Virus record (IMG/VR): IMGVR_UViG_3300025168_000009
Location: 1 to 52,096 of that record
From: a virus
Taxonomy: Duplodnaviria; Caudoviricetes
Reading direction: 5' to 3' (one strand)
Length of the DNA: 52,096 bases
The notes under the pieces were generated by a model. The model was not told where the DNA came from and ran no database searches. It saw only the letters and a list, made by a program, of their open reading frames with translations. A program made the position numbers and the translations under genes. Below are positions 15,687 through 26,306 of the stretch, piece after piece. The first letter of the stretch is position 1. Each line of letters begins with the position of its first letter.

Positions 15687-18600
15687 TTAACAACTCTCCC
15701 CTGTTTGATCTTTTGAAATTAGCCAATAATCATCTTTTTCAGCTTTTTGTTTTATTGGTCTTAATTCACCATCTTTGCCTTTTATATATTGAATAGGGCT
15801 TCTAGAATTATTAATAACACCATTTAATTTATCTAATAAAACTGGTGAAGAGAAAAATACATTTAAATGTTTAGCTAAAGTCCTATAAGGTATAGCCATA
15901 TCTCCTAAACTTGTATAATCCATTTTATCCATAGAGCCTCTTTCATAACTAGTAATATCTATTTCCATATTTTTACCAGCAGCATAATGTTCTACATCTT
16001 TAACTAATTCTTTAACAAAATCTTGATTACCATTGCGCTCTGACCATTCTAATACTGTTTTATATAAATGCTCATTTGTTTTATAAGCAGGCCTTTCATG
16101 TCCTGTAATAGCATCTTTATAAAAAGCAGAAGGAGTTACTTGAGGCTGTAATAAATACCTAAGCAACACTTTTACTGGATCAGTACTATTAATAACCTCA
16201 GGAGTCCATTTTGTTAAAAATTCTTCTATACCCCTAGCTTCTTTAGCATTTTGTATTGCGAAAATACCATCAGATAATACTCTGTTTGATAAAGCTAAGT
16301 CAACTGTTTTATAATAATCGCTACTAATAGATGCTCTTAATTGTCTTACTTGATCTCTAAAGTCACTAGTATTTCTGTTGCCTAAAAATACTTCTGGAGC
16401 AATTTCATTTCCATAAGTAGCTTTAAATAAAGCATCTGAATATCTAGCTTCATTACTACTTTGCGATTTCATTTGTTTTGGATTTCTATTAACTATGTAA
16501 GAATACCCTTTTGCAAATGGTCTTACATTTGAATCTTTGTCAAACCTACCAACAAATTCTAACATTCCATAATCTATTTGTCTTTCGTTGTGTGTAAATG
16601 TATAAAGATTTTGGGGTTTTTCTTTATCTTTAACATTAACATCTCCTCTTATTCTATAAACATCTAGCATTTGACCTTTTTTAAGATATTTATGTTGATT
16701 GAAACTAAAAGGCTCTTTAATGTTTAAAAATTGTAAATCTTTAGCATTAATAGTCATGTCTTTAGCTATCTGTTGATCCATAATATCCATAGCTTCTTGC
16801 AAATTTCTTAATCTCATTTGTAATTTTTCTACTTTATTAGGATTAGCAAACTTTTCAGACCTAAAATATTCTAATGTACCAAATACATTGTCATGTTGAC
16901 GATGTATTAATTCTCTAAGAACTCCGTTAGTAACACCATTTTTTATTTCAGCTGAATATTGTTTATTTGTAAAAGAACTTATATTTATACCAAGATTTAA
17001 CTTGTTTAAAGAATTTAAAAGTCCACCTTCTTTACCAAAAACTCTTGATGTTTCAACAAAGTTTTCTATATTTTTAACAAACAGACCTGCAGCATTATAA
17101 GCATCTGTACCAGTTGCTACAAGACCTCCATAATTTGCATCCCAAAAACCATTTGTTCCTATTAAACCTTTCATTAACGTTCCGCCAGTTGAATAATCAA
17201 AACCTTGCTCTGGATTAGTAGGGGAAAGTTGATTACTATCAAAACTAAATACTTTCTTTAATAACGATCCTTGTTCACCTTTAATTATTTTCCAATAAAG
17301 ACCTTCACTTTTTTCAACATTATTAATATCCATAGTTTTATTATAAAACATATTAGCATACTCTGCAACAAACGCATCTTTCTCAACCCCTTGAAGTCTT
17401 CCTATTTTTCTTTGCATTTTATTTGCTAAATATTGAGTTGGATTTTGAAACAAAGATTTCATATCATAATAAGCAGATTTAATTTCATGTGGCTCTGGAG
17501 ATCTGCTACCTCTTTCATCCCAAGTATCATTTTGTATCATATTAGCTTTTTTTAAAGTCCTTAAAAGTTCATAAAAAACTTCTCTTTCAACTCTTGTTTT
17601 ACCAAAAGTTGCATGATTTTCATTAAAAAAAGTAAGCTCTGGGTTATTATGTTTATCAAAAGCTTTATCACCTGTTTCTAAGCTATGTATATCTTTTTGT
17701 CCAAAGTATAAAAAATCTCTTAATTTATCTGTTGTGTTTATAGATTCATGAATACCTCCATGTATATCTAAAGCATTCTGAATAGTATCGTAAAATTTAT
17801 CAAGAACTTTCCAATTATTTGCTGACATTCCTTCATCTTTAATAAAATCTTTTAACAAAGGCATTGATACATTCTCAGAAATTTGTTTTTGAAAACCTAA
17901 TCTATTTAACCAGGATATAGCATTTCTAGCACCTATAATTTGTCCTGTCATCATTTTAGCATTATGAAGCCTTGAAGCATAGTTTTGAAAACCTACTTGA
18001 GAAGCTTTTTCACCAGCCTTACCATTAGAGCCTATTCCAAATATATTTATATAATCACTGTTTAATACTTGGTTTCTTTCCCACATTCTAAAATCATCTT
18101 TTCTACCATTTTCTCTAGCAAAAGATTTAAATAACTCCCAAGGCATACTTGTGTGTGTAAATAAATGATCTCCATCGTTGTCTCTTTGCATAACTGTTCT
18201 TAAATCATGAACATTAACTTCTGTTAATCCATCCATATTTTCCATTATTTTTTCTATTCTAAGTATAGGCTTATCATGCCCTATAACAGGAATTGCATGA
18301 GACATAGAGCCAAATTTCATTTTTAACCCAGAATCTGTTTTTAAAGTCATATCTGTAACAACTCCTTTAGAGTCAACCTTACTTACAAGTTCACCTTCTA
18401 GCAACCTAAAAGCTTCTTTAAAATTTAACCCATGAGCTTTAACAAGTCTATTTAATTCTACTAATTGTGCTTCAGCTTTTTGTTGTGAAGCTTTATCCAT
18501 AGTAATTGCTACATCTTTAAAAGTTTCTACACCATTTTTGTCTATGCTTTTATATTGATAGGGTTTTTTAGTAGCAAGATTTGTACTTCGATTAGTTGAT

Positions 18601-21600
18601 TTATCATAAAAAGTGCTAAAATATTCAAATTTCTTTCCTTCAAAACTAATAACCACATCTACACCATTTGCGTCTCTATATATAAACCTTTCTCCTTGCA
18701 AGTTAGATGTTATTCCACTAACACTATTTCCTAATGTTCTACTAGCTGTATTTGAATTTAAACCAATTCCTCCATATGTAACAGAAGCTCTATCTTGTAT
18801 GTTTCTATTTGAAGGGCCTTCTCCAGCTGTATACAATTCTGCATAAACAGGCACTGACAACTTACCATCAATGTTTGGAACAATAAAATTATCTTCACCA
18901 CCTCTATTTGTCGCTTTAGATAAATGTTTATAATTTGAACTTCTTAATAATCTCCTTAAAGCTTTTTGAGTTAAAGGATTGTTAGGCATAGCTCCGTATG
19001 AAAATAATAATTTTGTAAGACCAGCATCTCCTTTGTCTAATGGATTGCCTTCAGACTTATTTATTTCATACAACCATTCTGCTAATTTAGCACCATCTCT
19101 ATGCACAGAATCCCATTGAACTGCTATATCTTTTAATTTAGCTTCAAACCCCATCCATGTAGTAGCTGCTTTTATATTTGCAGAAGATTGAAAGTCAAAT
19201 ATTGAAGGAGATATTGCTACACCACTTTCATTTTTTGAAGTAAAAGAGACTCCTATACTTTCTATAGGCATTAACATTTTATTATCACCACTCATATTTT
19301 TAAGCGTATTTTGCCATTTACCTTTTCCTGCAGATATTTCAAAAGGCTTTAAAGGAGTATTGTTGTTAGACATTCCGCTAAAAGTTTTAGCAGAACTTTC
19401 TCCTAACATTATATCTACATCTTTAGGCATTTGTTTTGCTATTTCAGGATGATAAACCATATATCCTTTACCTAACATTTGCTGATTTCCAGTAGCAAAT
19501 ATTATTGTTTTAGCACCATTAGGACTATCTGAAAAATCTGTATTTAACATTCCTTTTTGAGCCATAACAAGCTTCATTAATCTTTCAGATGCAAATTTAC
19601 CTCCATCTAATAAGGAACTTAATAAACTTGGTTGATCTTTAGCAGTTACTTGTTGAGTTTTTGCTAATTCTCCAAGAAACCCTCCTGCATTGCCAATAAT
19701 TTGTAATTGACCAAGCTCAATATTTTCTATGCTTAAAGGGTGTTTTCTTCCAACAGCTCCTTCAGAAGCACCATCTCCTATTACAGCTGCATTAAATCCA
19801 CCTTGTTTTATTATATAATCTGCTGTTTCCCTAACATCTTTATTAGGATGATTTTTTTGTGTCCATCTAAGTACTTCTGTATGCATAGGTTGAGTCGTTC
19901 CACCATCTGATAAAAATCCTCTTTTATACATATTGGTTTGTATTTTAGCTAATTTTTCAGGACTAGCATCTCCTGCGTACTCAGTAATTAGTTTTTCAAT
20001 TTCACCTCTTTTGCCAGTATAATTTAAATTTGACAAAAGCATTTTTAATTCTACATTTGCACGAGATGTATTAGGAGCCTGTAAAAGGTCTCCAAACATA
20101 GCTTTAAAGACATCTTTATTCTTTCCCTTTAAACTACCTTCAATGGAGTCATATGTAGACTTAAACTCAGCATTTAAGGCTTTTAAATTCTTGTCAGTAG
20201 CTACAAACATTACTTTATCCATAGGAGATAATCTTAAATAAAATACATATTCTGTAGGATTTTCTAATATTCTTTTAATATCAGATTCTTTAATTCCATG
20301 ATCTATAGATCTAAAATTATCTATAATTTCTTTACTAGATTTGCCTACACGTAATGCTTGATTTAAAAATGATTGAACTTTATCAGCACTTCCTCCACTT
20401 GCTATATCTAAACTAGTGTTTCTAAGCCTACCATTTACATCTACGCTTACATTATCGTCTATATAGTGTACTTTAAATCCTTTTTCTTCAAAATATTTAG
20501 TATTAGGGTGCTGTATGTTTGGAGCATTGTTATTAAATTCTATTACTCCTCTTTTATTCCCACCTGAAATATCACCTATAATCTTGATTCTATTTACAGG
20601 TTTAGAGTTGTAAATATTTGTAAGCATTTCTATAGCACTTTTTTCCCTAAAATTAGTCCATTCTTTATTTTTCTGAGAAACAGTTTTTCCTTTTTGACTA
20701 AATATATTTTTACGTATATTTTCATTTAAAGCTTTTTTAGGATTCTGTATAATAGCCTGTCTAAATGCAGGGTCAATATCTCCATCTTTGTTTAATAAGT
20801 TATATTCTTTAAGTATTTCTTTAACACTTCTATGATGTTCATGAGTTTTATGTCCAGATTCTAAAGAATCTGACATTTTTACTGCGTCTGCATTTAAAAT
20901 ATGATGTTCGTTTTTTAAAATTACAGCTCTATTTATTTGCATATCTACAGATTCTAATAAACTTAATGCATCCCCAAAAAAACCTTTTTGATTAACTTTA
21001 CTTATAAGTTCTGATAAAACTTCTACAGATTTATTAGTTTTTCCTGTATATAAAGCATGCCATTCTCTAGAAAGATTTTCTATAATTTCTGTAGTTTGGG
21101 CTTTATCTAACCCTCCACTACTTTTTCCCATTGTAGCTAGATTTTCAATTTTAACAACAAGCTCTTGCATTCTATTCATTGCTTCAAATTCTTGATTAAA
21201 TATTTTCTCAAGTCTTTTTTGCAATGGTTCTGTTAAAGCTTTATGTATACCATATTTATCTCCACTTAATTGCTCTGCTTCAGTTAGAACTGTTTTAGAA
21301 GTTATATTAAATTTTTTAGTATTTTTGTCAATAGCCTTTATTATGTTATTTAATTCTATAATAGAATCACTTAAATCTTTTTTAGTAGCCTCATTTCTTG
21401 CAACACTTTCTAGACTTTCTAATTCTTTTTGCAAGATTTTTATTTCTTTAATTGGATCATCTACAGGCTTTATAGTCCTGTCAGGATTCAAGGATTCAAT
21501 AAGCTCAGTAGCTTTATTGTATATTTCTTGAATATTTTTTCTTGTACCTGAACTTCCAACTTCTTTCATTTCAGTAAGAATAGTTTGAGTATTTATTAAC

Positions 21601-24600
21601 AAATCAGTAAAAGTTCTATCTGAAAGCATTTTAGAAGCTTTTAGATATTCTCTAACATCAACAGCTTCTGATTGTCGTTTTCCATTTTGTACAAAAGAAA
21701 AATTAGATTCTGTTACAATGTCTTCACCAAGAACTTTTTTAATATTATTTAAAGCTTGATCATATTTTTCTATATTTTTTTTAGACAGTCCCTGTGCTTT
21801 TAATTCATCTATTACAGCTTTTTTAGAAGGCATTACAACTTTTCCTTGACCATCAAAAACAGCAATATTTGCATCTGCTAGCATACTTACTAAATTAACA
21901 GCCCTTCTATCTAACCCTTTAGCTTTTAATATACGGTCTATGTATAAATGCCTTGTATGTCCAACCCAATCTTGCTTCCATTCTCTGGGTAATTGAGTGT
22001 TTAAATTCTTCCATTTAGTTTGAGCTATAGAAATACCTTCAATAGTTATTTGTTTACTAGGATCTTTTGAAGAAACTCCTACAACTTTTTTTCTAAGTTC
22101 AAACAAGTCCCTTAGGTCGTTAAAGTTTTCTAATACTTTAGTGTTTAAAATTTCTTCTTTTTCATTTGCAGGTTTTTTAACAAAATCTTTAATAATATTC
22201 TTATAAGCATCAATAGAGGATGCATATTTTCCATCAGGCAATAAAAACAATTTATCTAAAGATTCAGTTAAAGATTTATCGTTTAACTTATCCCCAGTAG
22301 GAAACTTACCTGTTACAACGCTATATACTCTTTCTGCAGCTTCTATGTTTTTTGCTTGTTTAAAAAATTCTATCATAGGATTAAGTTTTCCAGCTTCACC
22401 TACTGGATCCATAGCTATATTTTTCATTCCTCCATATTCATTTGCAATCATTCCCATATGATTATCTATAATTTCACGAGTTTTTTGATTAAATTGTTCT
22501 GTACTAAGACCTGAATTTTTAACTATTTTTTCGTAATTAATTTTACTAGATGATACATTCTCCCCATCTCTTACTGTAGCTTCAGCTATATCACTTAAAG
22601 CTATTAAAGTTCTATTATAAGTATTTGCATCTCCAATAGAATTTCCTTCTTTAGACAATACAAGATTACCTATAACTTTACCTTCTTTAGAAACATTTAC
22701 TTCATAACCTAATTTACTAAGTTCATTTAACATTCTTTTGTAAATATTTAACCCACGCTTAGCAGGTTCTAATGTTAATTTTACTAAAGCTCCTTCAAAA
22801 CCAAGTTCTTTTATAGTAGTTCCATCTTGGAATTTTACCGATTGAAGCTTTGTAGATAAAGAGTTTAAACTTTGTCCGTCTAAATTTTGAACATTAAGAG
22901 CTTGAAACTTAGGATCTGCTGTTTTTTTAATTATATTATATATACTTCCTAATTCTAAAGCAAGAGCATGATCTTGAGGATTATAATCTTTTGAAGTAGG
23001 TCTTGTTTCAGAAGTTTCTACAACTTTGTCAAATATTTTTGTAATAGCCATTCCCGCCTCGTGAGAACCAAGAGCAATTCCTAATCCTTCATGTATATTT
23101 TTACCATCATGAAATCTTAAAACATCTTGTACATTTTTAGTATTAACACCTAATACATTTAATGCTTCATGGTATGGTGTAAAATCAGCGAAATATGCAC
23201 GTTGCTGCTCATGTCCCCATGCACCCCTGCCTCTAGTCATAACTGCTGACATAAACAGGTGAGAGGCTAATTCTGGGCCTTCCATAGAACCCCAAGCATC
23301 TTTGTTAACTACCCACGGATTCATAGCTAAAATACCAAAGCCCATTCTAGGTATAGAGCCTATAGTGTCTTCAATAAATTTAGGCCCCCATTCTTTAATA
23401 ATGTTTTGATTAACAGCTTTATTCATTTTTTGAAGAATAGTTATAGTATCTTCAATTTTCATATTAGGTAAAGCTTTTAATATTTCATCTCCATTAGCAT
23501 ATACTTTGCCTCCAGCTTTCCAATTAGCTTCAGATAATTTACTATTGCTAAGTAAATCTTTTTTAGATCCATTTACCATAACTTTAAGTATATTCTTAAC
23601 TACATCATCACCATGAGCTTCCTGTATAGCTTTATAATTAGCATTTTTAAATTGATTCATATATGCTTTAATGCCTTGTGATGCACTAGCCATACCACCA
23701 CTACCCATACCTGCAAGATTAGGTATTTTCCTAATAAGAGGAAATCCTAACGACATTAATGCTGCATGACTAAGAGATCCAGTAACATCAAAATCTTCGT
23801 TGTTAGCTAAAGCTTTAATCTTACCTGCACCTAAACCATGTACGCCCATTAAAAGCATATCTTGTGCAGCCATGCCTAAATACTTAGACATAAAGCCATT
23901 TGCTGTATCTGGTATACGTCCTGATAAAGAACGAGCTACCCATTCAGCTACATCGTTTACATATTCCCCACCTTTTAATCCTTCTACAAACTCGCTTGAT
24001 ATTTTAGCAGCATCATTGATGTCTATTTGTTCTAATCCTGCATCTTTAAAAGCTCTTTGTACAGCTCTTGCTCCAGATAAAGTTAGATTTTCACTAGCAT
24101 CTAAGGCAGCTTTACCTGTAGCTCCTAAATCTTTTATCCATCTAACACCTAAATCGTCTTGTGCAGCTTTATTAAGTTCTCTAGCTATGTCGTCTGTAAA
24201 TTCAGTTCCTTTTTTACCTGCCGCTAGTGCAGCCTTTGCCATAGTTGGATTTATTCCTTGTTCAGCCGCTTCTTGTGCAGCTTTGCCAATAAACTTATTT
24301 CCACCTTTAGCTAGAGCTTTAGATCCTTTTCCTAATAATCCAAATGGCCCCCAAGGAGCAAAAAATGATGCACCTTCACCTAATATCCAACCAGCTTTTT
24401 CTCCACCACTCATTTCTTCCCAAGATTCTTGACCAGTTGCACCTGCTAGATCAGTCAGTCCCCAAGTCATACCTGAAGTAAACCCTTCTCCTGCACTCCA
24501 TAAAGCATCTCCAATACCACCCCATGCACTTTCTGCTTCTTGTGTTATATCGGGAGGACTAAATCCTCTACTAGAAGCTTGTCCTGTGCCAGAGGGTGTA

Positions 24601-24665
24601 GTTGGTGTTTCTAGCGGTTTATCGCCACTCTTTAATATATCATAGTAATCTTTAGGTAAAGGCAT
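15687..24665 (-). CDS. Giant virion protein containing a two-barrel (DPBB) DNA-dependent RNA polymerase
   Basis: LDGGKFAS (aa ~1687), GAK...GKG...VDIML (aa ~1719-1755), HAIP...QRDNDGDH (aa ~2123-2167); Gly-rich hydrophobic N-terminus; lies among ejection genes. Confidence 0.8.
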   Translation of the reverse strand: MPLPKDYYDILKSGDKPLETPTTPSGTGQASSRGFSPPDITQEAESAWGGIGDALWSAGEGFTSGMTWGLTDLAGATGQESWEEMSGGEKAGWILGEGASFFAPWGPFGLLGKGSKALAKGGNKFIGKAAQEAAEQGINPTMAKAALAAGKKGTEFTDDIARELNKAAQDDLGVRWIKDLGATGKAALDASENLTLSGARAVQRAFKDAGLEQIDINDAAKISSEFVEGLKGGEYVNDVAEWVARSLSGRIPDTANGFMSKYLGMAAQDMLLMGVHGLGAGKIKALANNEDFDVTGSLSHAALMSLGFPLIRKIPNLAGMGSGGMASASQGIKAYMNQFKNANYKAIQEAHGDDVVKNILKVMVNGSKKDLLSNSKLSEANWKAGGKVYANGDEILKALPNMKIEDTITILQKMNKAVNQNIIKEWGPKFIEDTIGSIPRMGFGILAMNPWVVNKDAWGSMEGPELASHLFMSAVMTRGRGAWGHEQQRAYFADFTPYHEALNVLGVNTKNVQDVLRFHDGKNIHEGLGIALGSHEAGMAITKIFDKVVETSETRPTSKDYNPQDHALALELGSIYNIIKKTADPKFQALNVQNLDGQSLNSLSTKLQSVKFQDGTTIKELGFEGALVKLTLEPAKRGLNIYKRMLNELSKLGYEVNVSKEGKVIGNLVLSKEGNSIGDANTYNRTLIALSDIAEATVRDGENVSSSKINYEKIVKNSGLSTEQFNQKTREIIDNHMGMIANEYGGMKNIAMDPVGEAGKLNPMIEFFKQAKNIEAAERVYSVVTGKFPTGDKLNDKSLTESLDKLFLLPDGKYASSIDAYKNIIKDFVKKPANEKEEILNTKVLENFNDLRDLFELRKKVVGVSSKDPSKQITIEGISIAQTKWKNLNTQLPREWKQDWVGHTRHLYIDRILKAKGLDRRAVNLVSMLADANIAVFDGQGKVVMPSKKAVIDELKAQGLSKKNIEKYDQALNNIKKVLGEDIVTESNFSFVQNGKRQSEAVDVREYLKASKMLSDRTFTDLLINTQTILTEMKEVGSSGTRKNIQEIYNKATELIESLNPDRTIKPVDDPIKEIKILQKELESLESVARNEATKKDLSDSIIELNNIIKAIDKNTKKFNITSKTVLTEAEQLSGDKYGIHKALTEPLQKRLEKIFNQEFEAMNRMQELVVKIENLATMGKSSGGLDKAQTTEIIENLSREWHALYTGKTNKSVEVLSELISKVNQKGFFGDALSLLESVDMQINRAVILKNEHHILNADAVKMSDSLESGHKTHEHHRSVKEILKEYNLLNKDGDIDPAFRQAIIQNPKKALNENIRKNIFSQKGKTVSQKNKEWTNFREKSAIEMLTNIYNSKPVNRIKIIGDISGGNKRGVIEFNNNAPNIQHPNTKYFEEKGFKVHYIDDNVSVDVNGRLRNTSLDIASGGSADKVQSFLNQALRVGKSSKEIIDNFRSIDHGIKESDIKRILENPTEYVFYLRLSPMDKVMFVATDKNLKALNAEFKSTYDSIEGSLKGKNKDVFKAMFGDLLQAPNTSRANVELKMLLSNLNYTGKRGEIEKLITEYAGDASPEKLAKIQTNMYKRGFLSDGGTTQPMHTEVLRWTQKNHPNKDVRETADYIIKQGGFNAAVIGDGASEGAVGRKHPLSIENIELGQLQIIGNAGGFLGELAKTQQVTAKDQPSLLSSLLDGGKFASERLMKLVMAQKGMLNTDFSDSPNGAKTIIFATGNQQMLGKGYMVYHPEIAKQMPKDVDIMLGESSAKTFSGMSNNNTPLKPFEISAGKGKWQNTLKNMSGDNKMLMPIESIGVSFTSKNESGVAISPSIFDFQSSANIKAATTWMGFEAKLKDIAVQWDSVHRDGAKLAEWLYEINKSEGNPLDKGDAGLTKLLFSYGAMPNNPLTQKALRRLLRSSNYKHLSKATNRGGEDNFIVPNIDGKLSVPVYAELYTAGEGPSNRNIQDRASVTYGGIGLNSNTASRTLGNSVSGITSNLQGERFIYRDANGVDVVISFEGKKFEYFSTFYDKSTNRSTNLATKKPYQYKSIDKNGVETFKDVAITMDKASQQKAEAQLVELNRLVKAHGLNFKEAFRLLEGELVSKVDSKGVVTDMTLKTDSGLKMKFGSMSHAIPVIGHDKPILRIEKIMENMDGLTEVNVHDLRTVMQRDNDGDHLFTHTSMPWELFKSFARENGRKDDFRMWERNQVLNSDYINIFGIGSNGKAGEKASQVGFQNYASRLHNAKMMTGQIIGARNAISWLNRLGFQKQISENVSMPLLKDFIKDEGMSANNWKVLDKFYDTIQNALDIHGGIHESINTTDKLRDFLYFGQKDIHSLETGDKAFDKHNNPELTFFNENHATFGKTRVEREVFYELLRTLKKANMIQNDTWDERGSRSPEPHEIKSAYYDMKSLFQNPTQYLANKMQRKIGRLQGVEKDAFVAEYANMFYNKTMDINNVEKSEGLYWKIIKGEQGSLLKKVFSFDSNQLSPTNPEQGFDYSTGGTLMKGLIGTNGFWDANYGGLVATGTDAYNAAGLFVKNIENFVETSRVFGKEGGLLNSLNKLNLGINISSFTNKQYSAEIKNGVTNGVLRELIHRQHDNVFGTLEYFRSEKFANPNKVEKLQMRLRNLQEAMDIMDQQIAKDMTINAKDLQFLNIKEPFSFNQHKYLKKGQMLDVYRIRGDVNVKDKEKPQNLYTFTHNERQIDYGMLEFVGRFDKDSNVRPFAKGYSYIVNRNPKQMKSQSSNEARYSDALFKATYGNEIAPEVFLGNRNTSDFRDQVRQLRASISSDYYKTVDLALSNRVLSDGIFAIQNAKEARGIEEFLTKWTPEVINSTDPVKVLLRYLLQPQVTPSAFYKDAITGHERPAYKTNEHLYKTVLEWSERNGNQDFVKELVKDVEHYAAGKNMEIDITSYERGSMDKMDYTSLGDMAIPYRTLAKHLNVFFSSPVLLDKLNGVINNSRSPIQYIKGKDGELRPIKQKAEKDDYWLISKDQTGESC

Positions 24666-26296
24666 TATTCATTTCCTTCTAATAATTTTAGTGACTCAAC
24701 TACTTCTTCTCTTTTAGCTCTGTTTATTTCTAACCTTTCGCTCCTTCCTTCTTCCATAAATTTTCCTGTGTATGGTGGAAGCATGTCGTCTCTATATGAT
24801 TCACCAAGTTCATTCATTTTTCTTTCTATGCTATTCATAGGTTTTGTAAGTCCCCACCAAACCATTCTAGCTCTACTTGGTAATAATTTAAAAACTGGAG
24901 AAGACTCAAAATTGAGTGGATCTATTTTAGCAAGTTCTAAATATTCATTCCATTTATTTTCTTGATTATATAAACGAGATTCTTCAATTACTTGAGCAGT
25001 AGAATCGCTAGATATTTCAGAATTAAGTATTGCTAGCAAATCCTCATTAGGATTTAAACTAATAGGATTTAAATTAAATCCATCATTAAATGAAGGATTA
25101 ACGTCTTTTAAATTTAAATCTTCAATATTATTTAATCCTATAGATGTCATATAAGCATCACCTAAATCTTCACCTCCACTTGCAGCTTCTATTGCACTAA
25201 AGTATGCATCATGTTGTTCTGGCGGAAGACCTTGAACAGCTTGTGTATACATTTGAAATAATGCATCTTGATTAGTTACACCACTTATTTGATCTACAAA
25301 AACTTCATAATTATCTACTTCAACAGGTTGATTTATTCCAGCTAATTCTTGATCTAAAACTTTAATAGCTTCATTATTTTCAATCATATTGTTATAAAAT
25401 AATTCAGTATTTGGATTATTCAGTAATTCAGCTCTTACTACATCACCCCCTTGATCTGCAGGTAAAGCTTCTAAATTAGTCATAAAATTTTCTACAGGTT
25501 GCATAGCCATAAGCTGTAGAGTTTTAACAGCCTTTTCACTAGGCACTACTTCTCTTCCGTCTGCATCTTCATATGTCAATCTTTTTATTAAATGTTTTGT
25601 TTTTTCATTTTCTCCAAGAGTAAATATTCCTTGAAGTATTCCATAATTTTGATTAATACCTTCAGTAGATGCTCCTTTCATATTTTCAGTAATTTTTAAA
25701 GCTTCTACAAATCTTTGAGTATCGTCTTTTTTCTCAAACAATTCATCTGCACCTGCAGTATTAGACCAACCTAAGCCACCTTCTTCTAAAGACTTTAAAG
25801 CGTGTTCTTGAAAAGCTTCATATTCATGTCGTTGTAATACTCTATTTTCTCCAGCAAAATCTACTTGCATCTCTTTTAACGTAGATGCTTGCTGTCTTAA
25901 ATTGTTTAAACCTTCTTCTAGGCTGTTTTGGTACACATTCATAGACTTTAAGTTATCATTTAAAGCAGATATATCAATATTGTTTTGATTATCTACTATG
26001 CTAATAATTTCAGCACCACCTGGAGTAATTTCATTAGGAGATATATTATTATATTTTTGAAACATTCGTTCAGTCTTATCAACGTCTTCCATTTTACTAT
26101 AATATTCTTTTAACAAAATACCTTGAGTAACTTCAGCTTTACGGTTTTCTCTATCTAAAGCTCGTTCTTCTTGAGCCATTTCTTGACTAAGAAGATTTAA
26201 AGCTAAACTGTGATGACGTTCTTCCTTTCTTTCTTCAAGAGCTTGTTGTTGTTGTATTAATGAAAATGCTGCTGCTAAATCTGATGCTAATGCCAT
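24665..26296 (-). CDS. Internal virion/ejection protein (acidic, helical)
   Basis: 543 aa, Gln/Glu coiled-coil N-terminus, position. Confidence 0.6.
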   Translation of the reverse strand: MALASDLAAAFSLIQQQQALEERKEERHHSLALNLLSQEMAQEERALDRENRKAEVTQGILLKEYYSKMEDVDKTERMFQKYNNISPNEITPGGAEIISIVDNQNNIDISALNDNLKSMNVYQNSLEEGLNNLRQQASTLKEMQVDFAGENRVLQRHEYEAFQEHALKSLEEGGLGWSNTAGADELFEKKDDTQRFVEALKITENMKGASTEGINQNYGILQGIFTLGENEKTKHLIKRLTYEDADGREVVPSEKAVKTLQLMAMQPVENFMTNLEALPADQGGDVVRAELLNNPNTELFYNNMIENNEAIKVLDQELAGINQPVEVDNYEVFVDQISGVTNQDALFQMYTQAVQGLPPEQHDAYFSAIEAASGGEDLGDAYMTSIGLNNIEDLNLKDVNPSFNDGFNLNPISLNPNEDLLAILNSEISSDSTAQVIEESRLYNQENKWNEYLELAKIDPLNFESSPVFKLLPSRARMVWWGLTKPMNSIERKMNELGESYRDDMLPPYTGKFMEEGRSERLEINRAKREEVVESLKLLEGNE

Positions 26297-26306
26297 TTTG
26301 TCTCCT

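Noticed and set aside
20820-20860. Zincin protease motif in the giant protein (HKTHEHH)
   Set aside because: Does not fit HExxH spacing
23800-24432. 210-aa + strand ORF, and the other + strand ORFs inside late genes
   Set aside because: Antisense in-frame shadows of long genes; no RBS and Ser/Pro/Leu-rich composition
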